Notes: generated from the letters alone by a model not told the origin. A DNA stretch of 64,000 nucleotides from Bacteroidota bacterium (GCA_050015675.1 JBEKAY010000017.1:2581-66580); one strand, 5' to 3'; shown: positions 8,610 through 18,916, counted from the first letter of the stretch. Numbers and translations: made by a program.

Positions 8610-8800
8610 AAAAACATCTCACTTTCTACGTGCTGAATCGTATTGGGCATTATTCAGCAGATATATTAAGAGAAACAGGATTCAATCGACAACAATCTTG
8701 TATAAATCATAGCAAACATTCGGCATAAAAACCACTAAATGCATTGGAAATTCAATTGCTTTCGCTGGCTTTATGTATTATATTAATTTGATTTTGGGCG

Positions 8801-11509
8801 ATGCAGTTATACAAAACGGCAACCCGGCTTTGTCGAGGTTCGATAAAGTCGACTTCCTCGCACAACAAGTTCATTAAATTGGCAAAAAAACCTCACATTT
8901 ACCGTACTCTTTTCGCGTTCCTCATCCTTTCACTTATTTCGAGTCTTAGTGCTGTTGGGATTTCTCAGCCATTGATTCTTACAAATGGTCAACCAACGCT
9001 CGAGGGGTTAGACGCAGGAATGCATATTGATTCTCCCACACGCAAGAAAATTGATTTGGCTGGGACCTGGCAATATTCTATTAGTGGCGATATATGGCGT
9101 GACATCAGAATCCCAAGTTCGATGGCCTATGAAGGACAAGTAACGTTACACCGCACCTTTATTGTAAGCGAAGAGCTTCTTAAAAAGTCTGCATTCAAAT
9201 TTGTAGCGCTTGGAATTAATTACGAATGCGAAATTTATATTAATGACGTCTTCATCGGGAAACATCTCGGGGGGTATACCAGCTTTGAGTTTGATATCCC
9301 AGATGATGCATTGCAGATTGGACAGGAAAATACAATCAAGGTAGTAGCGAGTAACCAGTTGAATGCACGTACCACGCTCCCTGTTTGGAAACAAGTTTGG
9401 GGATGGAAAAATTACGGTGGCATTCTACGTGATGTCTATTTGTTGGCAACTCCACGGCTTTGGGTGGATCGCGTTCACCTTCATACGAGTTTGAACGATC
9501 AGACGAAACAAGCGACTGTTCGGCTTGAGTGCGTTTTGAGCAATAAACAATTCGGGGCGCTGAATCGAGATTCACTTTCATTGAAATTAAAACAACCTTC
9601 TTACTTCGTTAACATCGAGCTGCATGAACGATTCTCGGATCTTCTCATTGCACAGGGAATGTCTGCGCCTCTCACGCTCGAATTAAACAAAAATGCAACT
9701 ATCCAGCTTGCACTGACAGTGAACGGACCGAAGCTTTGGAGTCCGGAAGATCCCGAGCTCTATATTCTCAAAACGAGTATCGTTTCCGTTGATGGAAAGC
9801 AACGAGCAACTGTTGACCAGTACAATTTGAATATGGGCTTTACATCCGTACGTGTTGAAGAAAACGTATTAGTGCTAAATAGCAACAAAATAATATTGAA
9901 AGGTGTCGTGTGGCAGGAAGACTCGCCGAGATTCGGGGCATCTCTTTCGTATGAACAGATGGAGAAGGATGTCATTCTCATCAAGTCACTTGGGGCGAAC
10001 GCAGTTCGGTTTGCGTTTCATCCGCCGCATCCGTACATGCTGAACCTTTGCAGCCGCTATGGATTGCTCGTCGTTGAAGAAGCGCCAGTGTGGAATGTCC
10101 CAGCGGAAATATTAAACGAAGAAGCGTTCCAGTCAATGGCAGAAATTCAAACGCGGGAAATGGTAGAACGAGATGGCACATATCCATGTGTGCTTGCGTG
10201 GGGTATAGGAAGTCAGTTTGATTCGGCAGATGAGCAGGCTCTTGGCTTTGTGAAGAAAATCTCCGGAGTGATTCACCAGCTTGATGATCGCCCTGTGTAT
10301 TACGGCTCCCGAATGTTGAAGAATGATGTCTGCACCTCCGGAGTGGATTTTGTCGGCATCACGTTGCCCCAATGTGATTTGAAAACTTTCCGACAGTTGC
10401 TATCGGAATGGGAAAAAAATCATCCGAGCCAACCGTTTGTCGTGCTCAGTTATGGAAAAGAAGTTGAGCAAAATAACCGGAACGGATATAGCGATCCGAT
10501 GTCGCAGGAAGCACAAGCGCGATTCTTTATCCAGTACTATGCAGCAATAAAGGAAGCAAACGCGTCGGGCAGTTTCGTCCTTGCTCTTACAGATTGGCGC
10601 GGTGATCGCCCTCTACTCAACTTTGGACTTGGCGATCGTTATCTTTATCCTGTCGGGTTACTTAGTCAGACGCGGGAGAAGCGCTTAGCGTATGAAGTTG
10701 TTCGCGTGCTTTATAATGAAGAACGCATCACTGCTATCCCTGCAGGGAATTATCGCATGAGTTTTCCGTGGATTCATGTCCTCGTCGGGTTTCTGGTCAT
10801 CGTTCTTATGGGATATGAATACACGAACCGCAGATTTGCTGAAAGTTTGGAGCGCGCGTTGATTCGATCGTATAATTTCTTTGTGGATTTACGCGATCTG
10901 CATTCGGTTTCCATTGGACATACTCTCATTCTTTCCGGTGCCGTCTCAGTCACACTTGCAGGCCTGCTGTCCAGTATAATGTACCATTATCGCTCAGATA
11001 GATTTGCAGATTATATCATCACGTATCTTACGACTATGGATTATGTGAAAGAGCAGTTTATTCGTGCAACGTGGCATCCGTTTGCCGGTATTGTAGCATT
11101 GACCTGCATGTTCTTTGTGATCGGAGCAATTCTTGCACTCTTGATGTGGTTTCTTGCATTATTTATAAAAGCGCAGGTCTCTTGGATTCATGTCTATTCG
11201 GTTTCTGTATGGGGCGCCGCGCCCATTATTTTCTTAAGCCCGATTGCAATGAGTTTATTTAAAATTATGGAGAACCCTTCGTATGTCATCCCATCACTCG
11301 TACTTATTTTTCTCTTTCTCTTCTGGACATTTTTACGTGTGTTGAAGGGAATTTCAGTGATGTACGATCTGAGCCCGATGAAAACGTATGTCGGCGGAAT
11401 TCTTATGTGTACTGTTCTTTTAGGCGGACTGTTTTTCTATTACGATTCAGTCTTTGCTCTGCGTTCGTATCTAAAATTCATCGTCCATCTCGCGCAGAAC
11501 CTTGGGTAA
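8801..11509 (+). CDS. GH2-like (sugar-binding plus TIM-barrel) protein fused to a C-terminal polytopic membrane domain; catalytic Glu positions appear substituted
   Basis: 902 aa with an N-terminal signal anchor. GH2-like blocks include NAVRFAFHPPHPYMLNLCSRYGLLVVEEAP. There are 5-6 hydrophobic helices from about nt 10760 onwards. The start codon is uncertain. Confidence 0.8.
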   Translation: MQLYKTATRLCRGSIKSTSSHNKFIKLAKKPHIYRTLFAFLILSLISSLSAVGISQPLILTNGQPTLEGLDAGMHIDSPTRKKIDLAGTWQYSISGDIWRDIRIPSSMAYEGQVTLHRTFIVSEELLKKSAFKFVALGINYECEIYINDVFIGKHLGGYTSFEFDIPDDALQIGQENTIKVVASNQLNARTTLPVWKQVWGWKNYGGILRDVYLLATPRLWVDRVHLHTSLNDQTKQATVRLECVLSNKQFGALNRDSLSLKLKQPSYFVNIELHERFSDLLIAQGMSAPLTLELNKNATIQLALTVNGPKLWSPEDPELYILKTSIVSVDGKQRATVDQYNLNMGFTSVRVEENVLVLNSNKIILKGVVWQEDSPRFGASLSYEQMEKDVILIKSLGANAVRFAFHPPHPYMLNLCSRYGLLVVEEAPVWNVPAEILNEEAFQSMAEIQTREMVERDGTYPCVLAWGIGSQFDSADEQALGFVKKISGVIHQLDDRPVYYGSRMLKNDVCTSGVDFVGITLPQCDLKTFRQLLSEWEKNHPSQPFVVLSYGKEVEQNNRNGYSDPMSQEAQARFFIQYYAAIKEANASGSFVLALTDWRGDRPLLNFGLGDRYLYPVGLLSQTREKRLAYEVVRVLYNEERITAIPAGNYRMSFPWIHVLVGFLVIVLMGYEYTNRRFAESLERALIRSYNFFVDLRDLHSVSIGHTLILSGAVSVTLAGLLSSIMYHYRSDRFADYIITYLTTMDYVKEQFIRATWHPFAGIVALTCMFFVIGAILALLMWFLALFIKAQVSWIHVYSVSVWGAAPIIFLSPIAMSLFKIMENPSYVIPSLVLIFLFLFWTFLRVLKGISVMYDLSPMKTYVGGILMCTVLLGGLFFYYDSVFALRSYLKFIVHLAQNLG

Positions 11510-14500
11510 TGTACCTATCCAAATTAGAAATATTTGGGTTCAAATCGTTTGCACAGAAAGTGAACCTCTCATTTGATGAAGGGCTTACTGCAATCGTCGG
11601 GCCGAATGGCTGCGGTAAAACAAATGTGGTCGATGCTATCCGCTGGGCGTTGGGTGAACAGAAACCTACAACGCTGCGATCCGATAAAATGGAAGATGTC
11701 ATTTTCAACGGGACAAAATCACGGAAACCGCTGAACGTTGCAGAAGTCTCCATCACCATTGAAAACACAAAAGGGATCCTTCCTTCCGATTATAGCGAAG
11801 TGACTATCACGCGCCGCGTATTTCGCTCCGGCGAAAGCGAATATTATTTGAATAAGACTCTTTGCCGATTAAAAGACATCCGCGATTTGTTTATGGATAC
11901 CGGTATGGGTTCGGATGCGTACTCCGTCATCGAATTGAAAATGGTGGAAAGCATCCTCAGCGATAACTCAGATGAGCGGCGACGTTTGTTCGAAGAGTCC
12001 GCCGGTGTTACGAAATACAAGTATCGACGCAAAGAAGCATTCCGCCGTCTTGATGTTGTTCGACAAGACCTGACGCGCGTGAATGATATCATTCGTGGTG
12101 TGGAAAAGGCGGTGAATTCGCTGGAACGCCAAGCGCAGAAAGCGGAAAAGTACAACGAATTAGTGAAGCAACTGCAAGCACTGGAGTTGGATTTACTCAT
12201 TCGCGATTTCTCCAACGTGGTTTTGAAAATTGAACCGCTGACACAGCAGCTTTCCGTTGTGGTGGATGAAAAGAATCGATTGGAAGTAGAAGTGAAGCAG
12301 GAAGAAACTTTGCTGGATGTGCTGCGGCAGGAGTCAGAAGAATTAGAACGGCAACTCACTGCAACTCAAGAAGATCTCATAACACGACAATCAGCGATCC
12401 ACGAACTGGAACAACACCGTGCCACTTCTGTAGAACGTAAGCGGTCACTTCAGGAAAATATAGAACGGTTTAATCGGGAAAAAATAGAACTGAGCCAGCA
12501 GCAGGTGGAGTTGGGGCAGAAACAAACCAAATTAACTCATTCGTTGGAACAACTCCAGACAAAAATTGCTGTTGCAGAAGAAGTGTATCGGCTTAAGAAA
12601 ATTCAGCTCGATGAATTTGAAATCCAGCTGAATGCTAAACGCACCGAACTCAAAACAAATCAAGAACAAGTGATAACGCTGATCCATGAACTTGCAGAAC
12701 TGCGTAATCGCGAGAACCAGGTAAAAGCGCGCATTGAAAACATCCGCGGCCGCGTCAGCTATACAACGGAAGAAAATGCCGGATATCACCGTGACATCGA
12801 GAAAAATTCCGGTCTGATTGCCACGCTCACAGCAGAGAATAAACAACTTCGTCTTGCATTTGCGGAAGCAGAAGTGCGAACGCATAAAATGGAAGATTAT
12901 AAGCAGAAGTTGCAGGATGAAATTGAACAACTGCGCCGGCAGGATCACGAAGTACTGGGTGATGTCGAGCGCAAGCAGGCGCGCATAGATTTTCTGAAAG
13001 GATTAGTAGAGAGTTTCGATGGGTACTCCGAAGGCGCGAAGTATCTCATCACGAGCAGCGAATGGAGCGCAAAAATTCAGACGACGGTAGGAGAAGCTAT
13101 TCAAACAGAACCGCAGTATCGCATCGCCATTGAAACCGCTCTTGGCGAAACGGCGGGATTTGTTGTAGTCGATAATGTGCAGGAAGCGTATGCCGCTATT
13201 GATTTCTTAAAAAAGAACAATAAGGGAAAAGCGACGTTCATCTGCCTTGACCGGTTGCCTGGTCTTACCAATCATCGTGTCCCCATTCAAAGCGCTGGTG
13301 TTGTCGGATGGGCGAGCAGCCTAGTACAATTTGAGAGCCTGCACGAGAGATTATTCAATTTTCTTTTTGATGACACGCTTTTAGTGAACGACGTTCCTGC
13401 TGCGCTCAATATTATTAGTGATTATCCTCAAGTTCGATGTATTACGTTGGAAGGCGAAATCGTTACAGACAGGGGAGTTGTTCGCGGCGGAAGTGTGCGG
13501 CAAGACGAAGGCGGGCATATAAGCAAGAAGTCGCAGCTGGAAGAATTTACCACTGATGTTCGCAAGCTACGTGATCGGCACGAACGCATTGCGCATAATC
13601 TTCAGAAAAAAATAGAAGACCTAGAAAATGTCAACCTGAAGAAACTTGCTGAAGAAGCGCGCACCATCGAACAACAAAAGACTTCTGTAGAAATCCGCAT
13701 CGCTCAAATCGAATTTGAAAAGAAACGTGCGCAGGATAATATCGAGCGCAATGATGCAGAAGCAGAAAAACTTGGACAAGAAATTGAATTGTTGAATAAA
13801 GAAATCCAAACACTGACGCCATCTATTGTTGCGTTAGAACGGCGGCAGGCGGAAGCGGAACAGCAGGTCGGTGCGGCAATGAGTGAAGTGGAAACAATGG
13901 ATGCGCTTTGGAATGAATACTCCGGCCTCGCAAATGAAGCGAACCTATCGGTACTTACAATCAAAAGTGAAGAGCGCAGTGTTTTTCAGGAAAAAGAATA
14001 CACCGCAACAACATTGCAGTCGGTCTTGACGACATTTGATCAACGAACTGAGGAAATATTTAAAGCGAAAGAAGATATTGGAACACTCGCTGCCGATCTC
14101 GAAGCGATTGCCGTTACTCTTCACGAGGCACAGCAGGAATATGACGGAGTGCTGGAACAGAAAAAAACCGTTGATCGGGAATTTTCTATCAAGCGAAGTG
14201 AGATTCATGAAATTGAATTAAAACTGAAAGATGAACGGCTGAAGCAGGAAGGTTCTCTGAAATCGGCTCACGATCTGGAGATCAAGATTCAAGAACTGAC
14301 AATGAAAGCAGATAATCTCAAGACACGTGCAAAGGAAGATTTCGATATTGATATTCAGCCGCAGGAATTTCCGGATGCGAACCAGTACGATTTTTCGGCG
14401 GCACGTGAAGAAGTCCACAGGCTGAAAGAGAAAGTCAATGCACTTGGCGCGGTGAACTTTGCAGCGTTCGATGAATATAAAAGCGAGAAGGAACGGTTCG

Positions 14501-15057
14501 ATTTTATATCGGCACAGCGGGACGATCTGGAGCAATCCGAAAAGACGGTGCTGGAGACGATTGATGAAATTAATGCTACGGCTCAGAAACGGTTTCTGCA
14601 AACTTTTGAATTGATTCGCGAAAATTTCATCACAACATTCAAAAGTTTGTTTGATGAAGGCGACGAATGCGATCTCCGGCTCGATGCGGAAGAGTTGGAT
14701 CCGCTCGAAGCACGTATCGAAATTATTGCGAAGCCGCGCGGCAAACGCCCGACATCGATTGATTTACTCTCCGGCGGTGAAAAAACCCTGACTGCAATTG
14801 CGTTATTGTTCGCTATTTACTTAGTGAAGCCGAGTCCGTTTTGCATTCTCGATGAAGTGGATGCGCCGCTCGATGATTCCAATATAGACCGGTTCGCGCG
14901 TATCCTGCGCAAGTTTTCGGATAATACGCAATTTGTAGTCGTAACACACAATAAACGAACGATGGAAGCCACGAACGCAATGTACGGCGTGACGATGGAA
15001 GAAGAGGGCGTCTCGAAACTTGTTTCAGTGCGGTTCAATGAAGTAGCAAAGAATTAA
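11509..15057 (+). CDS. smc: Chromosome segregation protein SMC
   Basis: The start is set at ATG 11509 (MYLSKLEIFGFKSF), overlapping the upstream TAA as TAATG. Walker A is GPNGCGKTN, the signature motif is LSGGEKTLTAIALLFA, and Walker B is FCILDEVDAPLD. Long coiled coils are present. Confidence 0.95.
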   Translation: MYLSKLEIFGFKSFAQKVNLSFDEGLTAIVGPNGCGKTNVVDAIRWALGEQKPTTLRSDKMEDVIFNGTKSRKPLNVAEVSITIENTKGILPSDYSEVTITRRVFRSGESEYYLNKTLCRLKDIRDLFMDTGMGSDAYSVIELKMVESILSDNSDERRRLFEESAGVTKYKYRRKEAFRRLDVVRQDLTRVNDIIRGVEKAVNSLERQAQKAEKYNELVKQLQALELDLLIRDFSNVVLKIEPLTQQLSVVVDEKNRLEVEVKQEETLLDVLRQESEELERQLTATQEDLITRQSAIHELEQHRATSVERKRSLQENIERFNREKIELSQQQVELGQKQTKLTHSLEQLQTKIAVAEEVYRLKKIQLDEFEIQLNAKRTELKTNQEQVITLIHELAELRNRENQVKARIENIRGRVSYTTEENAGYHRDIEKNSGLIATLTAENKQLRLAFAEAEVRTHKMEDYKQKLQDEIEQLRRQDHEVLGDVERKQARIDFLKGLVESFDGYSEGAKYLITSSEWSAKIQTTVGEAIQTEPQYRIAIETALGETAGFVVVDNVQEAYAAIDFLKKNNKGKATFICLDRLPGLTNHRVPIQSAGVVGWASSLVQFESLHERLFNFLFDDTLLVNDVPAALNIISDYPQVRCITLEGEIVTDRGVVRGGSVRQDEGGHISKKSQLEEFTTDVRKLRDRHERIAHNLQKKIEDLENVNLKKLAEEARTIEQQKTSVEIRIAQIEFEKKRAQDNIERNDAEAEKLGQEIELLNKEIQTLTPSIVALERRQAEAEQQVGAAMSEVETMDALWNEYSGLANEANLSVLTIKSEERSVFQEKEYTATTLQSVLTTFDQRTEEIFKAKEDIGTLAADLEAIAVTLHEAQQEYDGVLEQKKTVDREFSIKRSEIHEIELKLKDERLKQEGSLKSAHDLEIKIQELTMKADNLKTRAKEDFDIDIQPQEFPDANQYDFSAAREEVHRLKEKVNALGAVNFAAFDEYKSEKERFDFISAQRDDLEQSEKTVLETIDEINATAQKRFLQTFELIRENFITTFKSLFDEGDECDLRLDAEELDPLEARIEIIAKPRGKRPTSIDLLSGGEKTLTAIALLFAIYLVKPSPFCILDEVDAPLDDSNIDRFARILRKFSDNTQFVVVTHNKRTMEATNAMYGVTMEEEGVSKLVSVRFNEVAKN

Positions 15058-15246
15058 TTCACATTGTGCAAAATGAAATTGTAAGTGAAAGAAATCCAAA
15101 ATATCAAGCGTCAAATTCAAAACAAACACACAAATCACAAACTATAAATATAAAGCAGTAAGAGTATAAAGGTTAGAATTTGGAATTTGTTTGGAATTTT
15201 CCCAAAGTGATGCCTTTGGCAGATTTTTGGAACTTAAGGATATTAA

Positions 15247-15951
15247 ATGATTCGTGTTTTTTGTGATTTTGATGGCACTGTCTGCCAGCAAGATGTGGGT
15301 CAGCAGTTCTTTCGAGAATTTGCCGGTGAGAAAGCGGAAGTGAGTGTTCGACGGCTACTCAGCGGTGAAATCACCATGCAAATGTGGTTTATGGAATTAT
15401 GCAATGCGATTCCTTCTATCACACGCGGTGAGTTATTAAAGTATGTGGACCAATTTTCTATCGATCCGCATTTTCCTGAGTTTGTCCGTTTCTGTGTGGG
15501 TCGTGATGTACCGATTACAATTCTTACCGACGGTTTAGATGTATATGTGGAACGTGTTTTATCAAATGGAGGAGTAGGTCACGTACCGTTCTTTGCGAAT
15601 CATGCAGAGTTTGTCGAAGAGAGACTGAAGGTCTCTTTTCCGTACACAGATGCGGAATGTAGTCTGTGCGGCAGTTGCAAACGCAATCATATGCTGAACG
15701 CTTCAGCCGATGATGATATCATCGTGTATATCGGCGATGGATATTCTGATCGGTGTCCGGTTCGGTATGCGGATTTTGTGTTTGCGAAGCGGCAGTTAAT
15801 CAAGCATTGTCAGAAACAAAACATTACATATTTTGAATTCAATAACTTTGGTGATGTGCAGGTAAAGATTGAAGAAATTGTTCAGCGCAAGCGTATTCGT
15901 CATCGGCAAGAAGCCGCGATGGCGCGCCGCGAAGTTTTTAGTCAAGGATAA
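15247..15951 (+). CDS. HAD-IB phosphatase, MtnX-like
   Basis: DFDGT nucleophile motif at the N-terminus and a GDGYSD motif IV. The overall pattern resembles 2-hydroxy-3-keto-5-methylthiopentenyl-1-phosphate phosphatase. Confidence 0.7.
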   Translation: MIRVFCDFDGTVCQQDVGQQFFREFAGEKAEVSVRRLLSGEITMQMWFMELCNAIPSITRGELLKYVDQFSIDPHFPEFVRFCVGRDVPITILTDGLDVYVERVLSNGGVGHVPFFANHAEFVEERLKVSFPYTDAECSLCGSCKRNHMLNASADDDIIVYIGDGYSDRCPVRYADFVFAKRQLIKHCQKQNITYFEFNNFGDVQVKIEEIVQRKRIRHRQEAAMARREVFSQG

Positions 15952-15954
15952 TAC

Positions 15955-16536
15955 TTGAAGTCTTTTCGAGAAAAGATCTTTTCACTTCGCAGCTATACGC
16001 CAATTCCATTTCTCTTAGCGATGGTTGTCTTTGCAAAGCCAACAGCAATAACAATGGCAACCGGATTTGTCGTCGTGACGGTTGGCGAGTTTATTCGTTT
16101 TTGGGGTGTTGCATACGCCGGAAGTTTAACGCGTGTAACAGACAGTGTTGGCGCGCCGGAAGTGATAGTGGCAGGACCGTTCGCGCGTGTTCGCAATCCG
16201 CTGTACGTTGGCAATGTACTCACGTATGTCGGTATCGGCATTATGTCGAACGCATCGTTTCCATGGCTGTTACTTGCGGCGTTGATGTGGTTCAGCTTTC
16301 AGTATTATCAAATTGTGATGGCGGAAGAAGAATTTTTGGAGAAAGAATTTGGTTCGACATATTTGGAATTCAAGCGCAACGTTCCGCGTTTTATTCCGCG
16401 CTTGTCGGCGTATGTCAATCCGGTTCAGTCAAAACAATTGTCGAACTGGAAAGAAGCGATACACTCTGAACGGCGAACGTTTCAAGCATTAAGTTTGGTA
16501 CTGGTAATTCTTATTGTTCTTTGGTATGTGAGGTAA
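15955..16536 (+). CDS. Isoprenylcysteine carboxyl / phospholipid methyltransferase family membrane protein
   Basis: TTG start with AAGGA 6 nt upstream. Contains the RNPLYVGN motif and multiple TM helices. Confidence 0.65.
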   Translation: MKSFREKIFSLRSYTPIPFLLAMVVFAKPTAITMATGFVVVTVGEFIRFWGVAYAGSLTRVTDSVGAPEVIVAGPFARVRNPLYVGNVLTYVGIGIMSNASFPWLLLAALMWFSFQYYQIVMAEEEFLEKEFGSTYLEFKRNVPRFIPRLSAYVNPVQSKQLSNWKEAIHSERRTFQALSLVLVILIVLWYVR

Positions 16537-16539
16537 TCC

Positions 16540-17661
16540 TTGGTTCAGCGCGTAATGATCATTGCCGGTGAAGCATCGAGCGATTTGCATGGCTCCGGTG
16601 TTGTGCGGGAGTTGAAACGGCTCTCTCCCAATGTCGATGTGTATGGCGTCGGCGGCGACAAAATGAAGCGCGAAGGAATGGAACTTATTTACCACATCAA
16701 CGAGCTTGGGTTTATGGGTTTCATGGAAGTGCTGAAACATCTTCCATTCATCAAGACGATGGAACACACTCTTGAGCAAATCATAAAGTTCAAAAGGCCG
16801 GATGTGCTGGTGCTGATCGATTATCCTGGATTTAATCTCCGGTTTGCGCGTATTGCGAAACGCTATGATGTCAAAATCGTCTACTATATCAGTCCGCAGG
16901 TGTGGGCGTGGCATAGATCGCGTGTGAAAAAGATCCGTTCGCTTGTTGATACAATGCTGGTCATTTTTCCATTTGAGGCGGATTTCTATCGTGCAGAAGG
17001 AGTCGATGCAGAATTTGTCGGTCATCCTTTGTTGGAAGTGCTGGAATCGAAACTTGACCGGAAGAATTTCTGCAAGCGTTTTTCATTGGATGAGCAAAAA
17101 CCGATTGTGGCATTGCTCTCCGGAAGCCGCAAGCAGGAGATCGACTCTATATTTCCTGAAATGCTTTCTGCAGCGCGGATGATTTCTGTGCAAAACAATG
17201 CAGAAATTGTTGTCGGTATTGCGCCAACGTTAGAAGAAAAATATTTTCGAACGCTCTACAATTTAAAAGGCGTTCATTTTATCAAGGGATTGACGTACGA
17301 AGTGATGGCGAATGCTGATTTTGCATTTGTTACTTCCGGCACGGCGACATTGGAAACGGCTTGTTTTGGAACGCCGATGTTTGTGGTGTACAAAACTTCC
17401 TGGCTGACGTACTTGATAGGCCGTGCGCTTGTGCATATCAAGAATATTGGCCTCGTTAATATTGTAGCGGGGAAAATGATTGTGCCGGAGTTTATTCAGC
17501 ATAAAGCAACTGCGAAGAGAATGGCAAAGTCGGCGATGAAATTGTTGAATGATGAAAGACGACTTGCCGATATGAAAGCAGAGCTTTCCAAAGTGAAGGT
17601 CATGCTGGGCACGATTGGCGCATCGCGGCGAGTTGCAGAACGAATATTGGAAATCAAGTAA
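16540..17661 (+). CDS. lpxB: Lipid-A-disaccharide synthase
   Basis: The N-terminus IIAGEASSDLHG matches the LpxB signature (E. coli VAGETSGD). TTG start. lpxK is adjacent. Confidence 0.9.
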   Translation: MVQRVMIIAGEASSDLHGSGVVRELKRLSPNVDVYGVGGDKMKREGMELIYHINELGFMGFMEVLKHLPFIKTMEHTLEQIIKFKRPDVLVLIDYPGFNLRFARIAKRYDVKIVYYISPQVWAWHRSRVKKIRSLVDTMLVIFPFEADFYRAEGVDAEFVGHPLLEVLESKLDRKNFCKRFSLDEQKPIVALLSGSRKQEIDSIFPEMLSAARMISVQNNAEIVVGIAPTLEEKYFRTLYNLKGVHFIKGLTYEVMANADFAFVTSGTATLETACFGTPMFVVYKTSWLTYLIGRALVHIKNIGLVNIVAGKMIVPEFIQHKATAKRMAKSAMKLLNDERRLADMKAELSKVKVMLGTIGASRRVAERILEIK

Positions 17662-17712
17662 AAATAAATACAAAGTACCAAGTAAAAATAAATACAAAGT
17701 ACCAAGTAAAAA
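17655..17712 (+). repeat. Perfect 24-bp tandem repeat, about 2.4 copies (CAAGTAAAAATAAATACAAAGTAC)
   Basis: The units occupy 17655-17678, 17679-17702 and a partial unit at 17703-17712. The first unit contains the lpxB stop codon. Confidence 0.95.
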
Positions 17713-17759
17713 GTTGCCAGTCGTTCATTGTTACTGATAATTGACAACTGAGAAAAAGA

Positions 17760-18797
17760 ATGCGAAAACTTTTAGTGCCGTTCTCTTTGTTTTATTGGCT
17801 GGTAGTTGCTGTTCGCAATTGGTTCTTTGACATAGGAATTTTAAAATCTGAAAATGTAAGCATGCCAGTGATTTCTGTCGGTAATATTTCTGCGGGTGGC
17901 GTTGGCAAGACACCGTTTGTGGAAATGTTGATCGAAAGATTAGCAATCAATAGTCAGTTGTCGGTTGTCAGTAGAGGATATGGCAGAAAATCTTCCGGGA
18001 CAATTGTGGTAAGTGATGGACGCGGCAGTTTTACCTCAGTAGAAGAGGCAGGAGATGAACCGATTCAACTTGCACACAAATACCCAGAGCTGATAGTTGT
18101 TGTTGATGAACAGCGTGTGCGAGGAGTGTGTAAAGCCATAGAGCTTGGCGCAAAAATAATTCTGCTCGATGATGGATTTCAACATCGATATTTACATCGT
18201 GATCTTGACATCGTCATCTTAACAACAGAAGAAATTCTGAATGGAGATTTATTGCTGCCGGCTGGAAATAGACGTGAGCCATTGAAATCATTGAAGCGTG
18301 CTGATTTGATTGCAGTGACACGATGTGCGGATACCAAAGAATATGAACACGTTTGCGCAGTGGGTCGGGAGCGTAACTCGCTTCCAGCTAAGATGCCAAC
18401 CGTCGGATTGAAAACGAAACTGAAAGCATTCAAACGTATCTCATCCGATGAGATTGTAAAAGCTGAAATAGTTACGAGTAAAAATGTAATTGCGTTCTCT
18501 GGAATCGGCAATCCGAAATCGTTTGAAGATTTATTGATGAATGCGAATGTAAAAGTCGTGAGACATATTATTTTCTCAGATCATCATTGGTACGAGGATA
18601 ATGATATTAAGGCAATTATTGATGCAAGAAAACAAACAAGCACTGACTTTATTATTACGACAGAAAAAGACGCTACGCGGCTGAGAGAACGGTTTGGGAG
18701 ATTTCTGGAGACGGAATCTGTAATAGTTGCCGATATTCAGCTGGAAATTATATCCGGTGAACAAAAGCTAAATGAGTTGTTAAATCGTATAAATTAA
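17760..18797 (+). CDS. lpxK: Tetraacyldisaccharide 4'-kinase
   Basis: P-loop VGNISAGGVGKTPFV, comparable to E. coli VGNLTAGGNGKTP. Confidence 0.9.
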   Translation: MRKLLVPFSLFYWLVVAVRNWFFDIGILKSENVSMPVISVGNISAGGVGKTPFVEMLIERLAINSQLSVVSRGYGRKSSGTIVVSDGRGSFTSVEEAGDEPIQLAHKYPELIVVVDEQRVRGVCKAIELGAKIILLDDGFQHRYLHRDLDIVILTTEEILNGDLLLPAGNRREPLKSLKRADLIAVTRCADTKEYEHVCAVGRERNSLPAKMPTVGLKTKLKAFKRISSDEIVKAEIVTSKNVIAFSGIGNPKSFEDLLMNANVKVVRHIIFSDHHWYEDNDIKAIIDARKQTSTDFIITTEKDATRLRERFGRFLETESVIVADIQLEIISGEQKLNELLNRIN

Positions 18798-18916
18798 AAC
18801 TCAAGGACATAACAAAATAGTTTTTCTCAAAAACTTGTAGGACTATTCCTGCAAGAGATTCTTTAATTTCATTAAACAAATAAGAAATAATACTCACTGA
18901 AAGGATAACAATTCAA

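Noticed and set aside
11407-11508. The extended N-terminus of smc (MYCSFRRTVFLL...).
   Set aside because: This stretch lies inside the 3' end of the upstream gene. The conserved SMC N-terminus MYLSKLEIFGFKSF begins at ATG 11509.
11844-14601. Multiple 60-170-aa ORFs antisense or out of frame within smc (for example 11844..12359, 12532..12948 and 14218..14601).
   Set aside because: They are shadow ORFs of a long, repetitive coiled-coil gene, with Ser/Cys/Phe-rich low-complexity translations and no ribosome-binding sites.
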